A stretch of 64,000 bases of DNA, taken from the NCBI GenBank assembly GCA_965235115.1, contig OZ249436.1, positions 42,038,001 to 42,102,000 of the forward strand. Direction: 5' to 3'. A program made the translations under genes and the position numbers. This DNA is from Laetmonice hystrix (Eukaryota). Positions 32,370 through 64,000 of the stretch are shown here, in pieces. Every line of letters starts with the position of its first letter. Positions within the stretch are counted from its first letter, which is position 1. A model generated the notes under the pieces. The model saw only the letters and a list, made by a program, of their open reading frames with translations, was not told where the DNA came from and ran no database searches.

Positions 32370-35300
32370 TTGGCCGCTACCGGTTTTGACACAAGCCGTA
32401 CAGAATATAGCCCCTGTGGGTACACTGACCAACGGAGAAATTATTTACCTTTGACTCCAGCCATCACACGAGGTGTAGTGTTTGGCACGAATCGCACAGG
32501 GCCATCTCCAGGGACGAACGTTGGCTGGACGATGACACATTTTCTCCATAAACACCGTTTAGACCTACGATGGTTAGAGACCAACGCGCCTCGAAATCTT
32601 ACACAAGTCCACAGTATTCTCCTTCGTGGTGTTCGAGACACTCAGGATAAACTAAGAAAAGCCGAGAGAAACTTCTACGGTTCCAGTAAGCCTGACCCTT
32701 TTGTCGAGTTGAGAAAATGGACTCCCCATGTTCACCGTGTTCTACGCGACGGGGACATAACACAGCTCAATTCTTTGGGGCAAATAGACGATCTTCTACA
32801 AGTCGTGGATTCAACAGAGGAACTTCAAATCAATGTTGTGGACATAAATAAACTAAGGGAATCTTCCGCGAAGGTCCTGAACGCTGTGCCTGACAAGTTC
32901 GCGGATATCATGGCTGACCTGAATAAAATCATGAAATATTTAGAAAAGTACTGTCTCAGCTTTTATGAACTGAACCTGGACGTATTTTTAGACACGGCTA
33001 GCAATTACGAACAGCAAAGGCAAACGTATATCAGAGAGATCAAAGGGTATATCGATAACGTTCCCGCGATTATGGAGAGGTTCAAAGGCCCTGGATTGTT
33101 GCTTTCAGACATGACGTTCACAACACGGGAATTGGCGCGGAAAGCAGACTGTGTGAACGCCCCTTTTCTCCTTCTGTTCCCGGAATCGAGCGAGTGTGCG
33201 CGTCACGCCTGCTCTCTCATCCAAACATGGATAGCCGCTGATTCCAACTACGCCAAATTTCTTGCCAACGACATTTCGGACCTGGAGTGGCGGAAGGACG
33301 ACCTTACCAAAGCGTTTCGAGATCGTGAACAGAAGTACCACCAACTGCATTTCAGACTGAAACTAGTTCAGGACGAATACGACCAGATGAATGTGGAGTT
33401 GGAGAAACTCCACAAGCGGGAGGACGAGATCACTGTAGATGAAGAGATGCTGTCCTCTGAGATTAAGGAAACTGAACGTGAGATAGAATTCAAGGATTAC
33501 CACCGAGACGAACTTATGAGAAACATTTTTTCGGTGCAAAAAGACATTTTCTATCAAAAATATAGTGAGATCTCCGAGGAATCAAGAAACCTTAAAATGA
33601 AGCTCCCTATCCTGAAAAGGCAATTAAACAATGCCAAAATCAAGCTTAATTTGATAGAGGACAAAAAGAAGGAGGCACATGAGATGGAGTCTGAGATATC
33701 ACAGCTTAGGGAGGAGATGATGCAAGTGCAAGCAGAACGAGAGGAAGGAAGCATCATATTGTCAGAGACCTGTCAGTGCTTGGAGCTTGCCCGTCGTCTA
33801 CACCTCTACAAAACCAGTGCGGACTCAGTCTGCAAAATCTACAACGGTCAACCGATCAGTGCCAACAACCAGCGGCTTCCCGGTAGAGGGGGTCAGTCAG
33901 GTGGGTGGCAGTCTCAACCTTCTGTTGACCCCCCGTCGGTATACGTCAATAATTAATACAGCTCAACTGTTGAGTTTTCTGTATTTAAAGTGCCACATAC
34001 ATCACATAGGTAACTTTACTGATCTAGATAGATCACTCTGAGTTGTAGACGTGTCCGGGATATGTTTTTCTGATAAACTCTCTCAGAAAGTAACATTTGT
34101 AAAAATATTGACAATTTGAATCACGCGCCACATCGCAGTCTCGCCTCCGACTGCTCTTGACCGAAAACCGGAAGTGACGTGTGGACGGGAATTGGTCATT
34201 TTGATCACGGATTACAGAAGTTCACGTTGTTGTACAACAACCGTTCCTTTATAGAACAATGACAAATTACAAGGATTATCGGGATCTGGTACAAAATTGC
34301 ATGTTAATTGTGATGTTTGTAGCACTTTAAGAAACTTTTCAAATTATCCAGGTACCACGTCCTAAAAGTATAAATTGTAACCTGTTTTAAACTGATAGAC
34401 TATCCTCAGAATAAGGGTCAAAGAAGGGACGTTTATCATACAGATACCTTTGACCTCGCCTGTCAGCTGGTAGCCGAAGAAATCAAGTCGGACTGGCCGC
34501 GGCTCTACCGCGCTTTACCTTTTGAACCCTCCCGTGGTAACAGGACAATTGATAGGCAAGTATAGATCTATACAACTATTGACTATTATACGTTGACAGT
34601 GACGCATGTCTCTATAGCCTAATGTAGGTTGTCCTTGCAGCGAAAGGTGAACAATAACCATGCATGCATACCCGTTTGGAATATACATGTATATATATAT
34701 CTATAAGAATTCTGTTGTTTTGAGAAAAAGTTTGAGAAAAAGTTTTCTTTATGTTCTGAAGGATTACCCCCGCTAGCCCCCCGCCCGCTAGCCCCCCGTT
34801 TAGACAAGGCCGATGGTGTGAGAAATCTGTGCCGGTAGCCCCCCGCTCGGCTGTTCCACCCTCTGACACTACCCCCCCCCCCCCCCCACACACACACACC
34901 ACTGAGGCGTGGACGGAGTTGGGGGGGGGGTCAACGGCGAGACTTGGCGGTTCATATGCTGCCGATGCAGGCAGGTCAGCCAGCCCCTAAAACTGGCAAA
35001 AAGAAAGAAAAAGTATTGACTCCCGATTGCACCAGTTAGCTAGACTATGATATGCCACAGAATGATGGAGTCCTATATGAAGGCGGTTGGCCATATGATG
35101 GACAATACTACTGGTACTAAGTACGGCAGTGGTTGAGTGTATAACTGTGATTCTAACTAACACAATAATACAGATTCAGTCCCATAACACCCGTAATCAG
35201 TCATTTTATATATCAAGTAACACCACCTAATTATTTGTCGCTTGCCTTTTAGTTATCCCTTAACAAAGAACTATACATTACAATGCAAGTTCTTTGCCCT

Positions 35301-36096
35301 TACTATCCCTGACCGCTGACCACCCCAAACCTCATAAGGGGGTAGTGGCTGATAGTGGAACAGCCGAGCGGGGGGCTAGCGGCACAGATTTCTCACACCT
35401 TCGGCCCTGTCTAAACGGGGGGCTAGCGGGCGGGGGGCTAGCGGGATGATACCGTTCTGAAGATGTATAGGCATATGGTTCTTTTTGCAATTGATCTCCC
35501 GGGGCTTCAATCAAATAAAGCACATAAAATTTTAGAAAAGTTGCCGTTTGTGGCTTAAACTGAGCAAAACGTTCCTGCTTAGGTAGTCTGCATTAAAATT
35601 CCTGAAGACTTGGCGCTTTTACTTCGCAGGGATGTGGCCGAGTTCGCGTCTTGCGAAGCGCGGGATGGAACACTGACAACAGTTCTCCGAGCGCTCACCA
35701 GGTGGCGACGCTTCCACACCAGAGCGAAACTGCTGGACTTGCAGGTGAACTGTACAATGTATTATAGGAAATGGTTACGCTGGGCAATATTCAAATTTGA
35801 AATGAAAATCTTGTCACTTTCCCACTCTATATCGCTAAATTATGTTATACTTCTTGTGTATTATTGACGCTTTGCTCTGGGCACTACTTTGACTACCAAA
35901 GGGGGCGCTAGAGACAATACATCGACTGGACACAGTACGCCACCTGGAGGAGGAAGTGAGCGGGACCGGCACAGCAGGGCCCTCTGGTGCCGAGGAAGCG
36001 CCGAATGCGTTGGTCAATACCATCGACAAGGAACTCCTTCCCTTCCTGAGACAGGTTGAACGGTTCGACCAACTGAGGGCCGCAAATAGATTATAA
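32370..36096 (+). CDS. Uncharacterised long coiled-coil protein with C-terminal death-domain-like region
   Basis: Large exon ending 33900 (first in-frame ATG 32532; true start uncertain), then 34399-34555, 35630-35744, 35902-36096 in phase. E/K/L heptad-rich middle. Spliced C-terminus (ACQLVAEEIKSDWPRLYRAL...VLRALTRWRR..AKLLDLQGALETIHRLDTVRHLE) has the W-L...L-W...L-AL-I-R-D pattern of death domains. Confidence 0.75.
34768..35445. repeat. Inverted repeat, ~108-bp GC-rich arms (34768-34875, 35338-35445), probably a foldback/MITE
   Basis: CCCGCTAGCCCCCCGCCCGCTAGCCCCCCGTTTAGACA...GTTCCAC is matched by its reverse complement ~460 bp downstream. Confidence 0.85.
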
Positions 36097-38205
36097 GATT
36101 TATAGGCCTATTTATGACTTCATCTTCCATGGGTTTTCGTTCGTCCCTTCCAAAAGAAATGTTAAAGAAAAACTCAAAATACATATGAGGGGGGGGGGGG
36201 AGTCTCACCATCTCCAAATAGTGTCGGCATTTATCCCACACGATGTTGACGTGGACCGTGAGCGACAGTCCTAGGGCCTGTTTATATTCGTGAATTCAGC
36301 TGGAGTAAGATTAGCCTTTTCTGTGCGGTTGTATCTACTAACTAGAAGGGAACCATTGAGGGGTGTATTTTGCGGGAGGGGGCATCTTTAAAAGAAACTG
36401 TTTGCTGTGTCGCAAAATAGCAATCAAAACAAAGTCTTAATTCTTCTGAAAAATAAATAAGCCAGTGTATTCGTCTCCTCGATAGATATTGGTAAATATT
36501 TATTTCAAAAAAAGACATCATAATAGTACAGATCACCTCCAATGACACTTGTTGGAAATAACCTCTTCATATAGGCGGAACAAATAAGTTACGGATATTA
36601 GGGACAAATACATTACGTAATGACAGCAAATCGCCAGATATCCTTCCATGTTTTAAAACTGGCCTTGAGTATGGTATTTATATTAACACTATTCCTCAAA
36701 ACAATTAAAATATTTGCATTAATAACATAGGCCGTTATATGTATATATATATATTGACAATTACTGCGTGTCACGTAAAGCATGGAAAAGTAAATAAATA
36801 TATATCTTACATCCTTCGTTTGGCAAATCCGTCTTTCTTCTCTCTACATTACAAAGATAAGTTTCAAACTTCATAGATTTTCTTTACATTAGTCGCACTA
36901 ACGTATAATTTTATTAAAGGTGTTCCACTTTATTGTATGAAACCTGTGCACCGATTTCAAATATCTGTCTATGTATGTGAACGTAATATGCACGTCTATG
37001 TAATTACAATATCAATGTATTTATAGATGTTTATTTGAAGTAATTTCCTTACCACACAACCATTATGTAATTATGTTCCAATATTCACGTGACAACCGAA
37101 CCTTTGGCACTTGACAACATTTACTTACTTGTGCTGTAAATCACATTAACTACAACGTCTATGTAATGGGAAAGTCTGTCATTATGGTGCATGGTTCATA
37201 TTTAACATCAATTCACTATTTGTCCCTTACATATCAATAAGAATCCTCAAAGTCGGTGTAGATGTGAGCGAAATGAACCCTTTGATAAAAACATACAGTT
37301 TGGGTACGACAATAGAGTGCTTCGTTAGAGATTCCATCCACCCTCCTTTAAGGAAATCCATACGTACACCCTACTAATGCTGATTAGGCATCTAGGTGAC
37401 TTTGGTTAATACAAATGATAAAAAAGTATACAGCCTTAAAAAAGGCAACGCTTCCAATCTTGACCCACCCTGTATGTACATCCCAGGAGGTGTAAAACAG
37501 CTCAATCCACATAGGCCCACAGTTCACTCTATCACAGTGTTGTGTTCTTAACAAATGAGAAGAACTTTAGGAGACGTTTCTTCTTGACTCTTAGTCACTT
37601 AATACTGGTTGTGACTCATTCTTTAAAATGTGGTTCCTATGCGCCTTGTTGACATTACAATAAGTGTACTGGCACCTCGTCTGTCATGTTTGTGATTTTT
37701 TCTTAGATGTACCGGCATGAGGCGTAACACGGTTGCTTTCAGAATGTCCGGAAAGAGAAAAGTAGTATGTGACTGGTCGTAAAGGTAACTGTCACCATTG
37801 ACTTGGAAACGATTCAAGATTTGCATGAAGAAGATCACATCCTGCCTAGCCATATCCTATGACATCTATAATTTACTTAGCTACACATCGGTGGATGAAG
37901 AACATGTATATGGGTTACACATTTTATTTTTGGCAGTTTTTCAGCAATGCCGCTTAGTCAAGTCAATTTGATTTCTTTTCTTTTCTCAGCAATGTTGGGC
38001 ATCGTCCCTAAGACGAACTTGTGGAAGTCTGGATATGAAATACTGTCATAGAATCATACACCACGGCCACAATTTATTGTATTGACAGCAGAGTTCCTTC
38101 ACTCAGAGACGCTCATTAAAATTCCACCAATCATGGACCTGTAAATTAATTAGTTGATAACACTTTCGTGCCATACGAGATCCGCCCAGTCCTTACTACA
38201 GTCCA

Positions 38206-51765
<13,560 letters not shown>

Positions 51766-51960
51766 TTTCTCCCGGCTGGTTGTGCGGACGATAGCTTACT
51801 TCATGGTCGATGGCGCCACCCAGCAGCCTCGATCTTCTCCAGGCGATGACTGCCCTGCTGCCGATCCGACGTGGCACCATTCATTCGCTGTCAAACGTTT
51901 GCTGGTCACGTGATCACAATATTTATATTTGTAGTGTTACAGGTAACCGCTAGGTGGCAT
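51766..51960 (-). promoter_or_regulatory. CDR2 5' leader/promoter region
   Basis: CpG-rich segment upstream of the ATG; E-box GTCACGTGAT near 51905; CTCF-like CCGCTAGGTGGCA at 51947-51959. Confidence 0.45.
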
Positions 51961-54900
51961 CCTCAGATTATTGGAATCAGATAGGCACCTGCACCGTTTA
52001 GGCGTCATAAATACAATTATTATGAGGTTTCTTGGTTTATATTTATCAAAATGCCTACCCTGCACACCATCACTCAGGCCCGTAGCCGGGGGGATAGGCA
52101 GTCCTATTTATGGACCATAGACCATTAATTTTCATTTCCAGTGTTGTTACATCCTGACTAACTGACTGGTGGCTTGAGGCGCGGTGTCATATTTGAGGTC
52201 ATCTTCACATGTAGTGGTGAGAATGAGTGTTCAACTTTCAGATCAATCGTAGCTATGTACAGAGTTTAGGCAAGCATAGTAGAATAGAGATCTACTCTAC
52301 TATTCTTTGTTTAGGGCTGAACCTTTTTGATTAGCAACAAGGGCTAATGAGTGTATGGTGCCACCTATTGTTTTTGGATAGAACTAATCATTAGGACTGC
52401 CGCCTGCGGTAATAGCTCGAAGTCTTCACTTGTATCGGTAACAGTAGGTATCGGCCTACTGTTAATACCGACTGACTCTGGCGCAGAAGGTTCAGTGATA
52501 CATCTTGCAATAATGATCGATTATTGTTAGAGATCAGCGTCTGGTCCTGGTCGCAATCTCGATGTCTTTTCTGTCTCCAACTGCAAGACGCCCCCTGGTG
52601 TTATATCTTCGAAATAGCTAGGCGGGGGGGGGCGGCAAACGGTGTCGAATCCCCATTCAGATTTGAGCCTACTTGCAACAAGAGCATGCACAGTGCAAAT
52701 AGGAACGCCCTGAAACCGATTTCCGTGTGCGATTTGACGCCATTTAATTCCAAGGTCCAAGACCCACACTCGCGCTCCGTCGGATTTCCGTAAATCCAGT
52801 TTGAGGAAATAACTGGCGCTACCTGGCGAGTATTAACGGTCCAAGACCTCCAACCTCACTTCCGTAATTCCCCGCTAGGTGGTGCTGTTAATAGCTATAG
52901 TGAGACTGTATTATCTATACTCTGCACAAAAACTTTTTCCCTCCCGTTGTCTTTTTGTATTTTAGCAAGAAAACCACACTTATTTCGATTTAGGAACTTT
53001 ATTTCTAAATTCCCCGTATCAGTACGGTATTGCCTGCATTTGCAATTTTCTGATCCAATATTGAATGGGTGTGGCAAAACACAATTATTTCAAAAAGGGA
53101 AAACATTTTGTGCAGAGTATATTATAATACGAATGGAGCGTGGACCTAAGCATTATTTTACTAAAGAAAGGTTCATGGGGCCGATTAGTTGGTAAACAGC
53201 AAAGTACTCAGTCCTGAAAATATTTAAAGACCTCCCGTTGTCTATTGATCGAAAAAAATCATGCTCGGATTTTCGTACAGCTTGTCCGGAAAAAGGACAT
53301 TTGGAATAGTTTTTATTCTAAGCGCATTCACTACAGCTGACTTGTTCTCGCAACCAGGTGTCGACACTTTGACACTGAACAACGAAGTGCCAGAACTACC
53401 TTTCAAACAAAAACTTTAGTGCTTAATCCCATCGACTTCGCACATAACATTGTTTTCAATGAATCTAGCAAAAAAAAACTTGGGTGCAATTTTATCACAA
53501 CTTCAAACAGATGACCTTATGTAGGGATCACCAAGTCCCTTCGGATTTCTGAAGGATTTGGTATTAATCATGGCCTGTTGTTGGGGCAAAACCTTCCTAA
53601 AGTGTTTCAACATATTCAGAATTTCCGAGTTTCCCCTAACATGACTTATCACCTATCAAATTAAATCAGCGTCTTTCAAATCAAATCCAAAGATATCAGA
53701 AAATTTGCCTATTAAAAGAACTATTAAATGATTTTTAATCTTTTTAAATGCCCTCCTAATGAGGGAATCAATCTTAATAAAATATGCAAATAAAAGCGTA
53801 GGCTTTTTGACCGTCTTTATGGCGCGAGATCTGAAACCATTTTAACATACAAAAGTACTTTCAAGATTCGTTTTCATATTTTCAATGATCAGCGTTAGAA
53901 CTATGCATATCAAACACTGGCGACCATATTCTCAATTTTGTCGCAAAAGGAAACTTGTTGAAGTGTACAACAAACTCAACAAAAATTATTTTTCACTGCG
54001 TTTTATATAAATGTATATAATTTATTTGTAGTGAATGCACAAATGCACAAGGAGGTTTGGTCTCTGTTTCTTTAAACAGTCTAGACAAAAAAATATACGC
54101 AGTCTTGACAAACTCATGGTACGTCACAAGATATTAAATCGAAATAAAAACTGTACATGAACAAAGAGTGTGTAATATAGAGTCGGCACCTGAGACGGAT
54201 ATTGTCTACTTGTACACATACAGGCTTGTTTTTGTTTTTTCACTTTGCATTGCAATAAAATGTACACTTCTGGTTGGATAAATAATTATTACATTATATA
54301 TAACACTCTTCCATTCACCCATAATTTACGCCTCCACAGCATGGCTTTGCTCTCATGATTCTTGATATGAATACAAGGAAAATTATACATGTATAAAATC
54401 GTGTAAAGTAGGCCATATAGTACTCAACGGGAACAGACCTCTGCATATGAAATAACACATTTACATATAGATTCATATGTATACATATATATATTATTGT
54501 TTTCCTTTAACTCTGTGCAATTAGCTTGATGCATTCGGAAAGAGCATGTGCACGTTAACGTGTAAAAACCACAAGGAATGGTCGACATCGACCCGGTGCT
54601 CTGTGTCCAATGTACAGCCAGCAATGATGAGGGTCAATGACATGTATGTACAAATGTAGGATGGTCAGGTAGCTAAGAGTACAGCATGTGTATCGTAGTC
54701 ACAATCTCCTACAATATTATGCTTGTGGATATGGCACACTTTGTGTGTGTTGTGTCGTGGTGTATGTTGGATGACGTTTTTAGGGTTGTGTTCAACCAGG
54801 ACAACAGGTTTCTAAGCAGGATTTGGGTGTGAGGTAGAGGCCCACAGCAGCACTCTCCCGTCCTTTGGCTTTACTGTGTCACTTCACCGGGTTCATGTGG

Positions 54901-55132
54901 TCCTACAAGGTTAGTATTCTCAGCTCATAAGCTGCGATATGCTAGCCTATCCGCCACATGCCCACGGAGCCGCACACTGACTACATATAATTCAGTAGTC
55001 AGCACTCTCTACGAGAGCTTGGTGGCTGTGCTACCCTTCACAGAAGTGTCACCTTGAGCGTTACTGGACTTGGAGAGGCTGAGTGTGGGCCCATGTGGTT
55101 GTCAGTCTGTGTGTGGCCAAGTTGGCGACAGC

Positions 55133-63777
<8,645 letters not shown>

Positions 63778-64000
63778 CTGAAAACAAAAACACCCAAAGT
63801 TCTCTGAATTATAGTCTATCATTTTTTATCACATAAACGCCATCCTCCTTCAATTTTCCTCATAAGCTTCTTATACAATACCATCGCAGAAGATAATCTG
63901 TGTACACTCTGTACCACGTTCCACAAAGGTAATAGTGCACATAGTGCCATAGAACTCTTATGTCTTCAACAGACCACACTCCGATTAACAATTATTAGCC

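Overview
Eukaryotic, intron-containing animal DNA, apparently a bilaterian invertebrate (taxon not determinable from sequence alone). I assembled six genes by hand from splice sites and reading phase. (1,2) A tandem pair of minus-strand inositol polyphosphate multikinase (IPMK/IPK family) paralogues with identical intron positions; the second carries a 28 x 42-bp in-frame coding minisatellite inside its kinase domain. (3) A complete 10-exon CYP4V-like cytochrome P450, head-to-head with the second IPMK. (4) An uncharacterised coiled-coil protein with a C-terminal death-domain-like region, needing a GC-AG intron. (5) A CDR2-family gene with an ~11.7-kb first intron. (6) The 3' part of a KAT6A/B (MOZ/MORF) MYST acetyltransferase. 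Non-coding features: 46-bp and 31-bp minisatellites, many small TIR-bearing elements (one nested ~1.1-kb palindrome), a dense AGGCCT cluster in CDR2 intron 1, and CTCF-like motifs between CDR2 and KAT6. No rRNA, tRNA, CRISPR array or transposase found. The best novelty candidate is the duplicated, asymmetrically remodelled IPMK locus; I cannot show a wholly new system. All counts and coordinates are manual.
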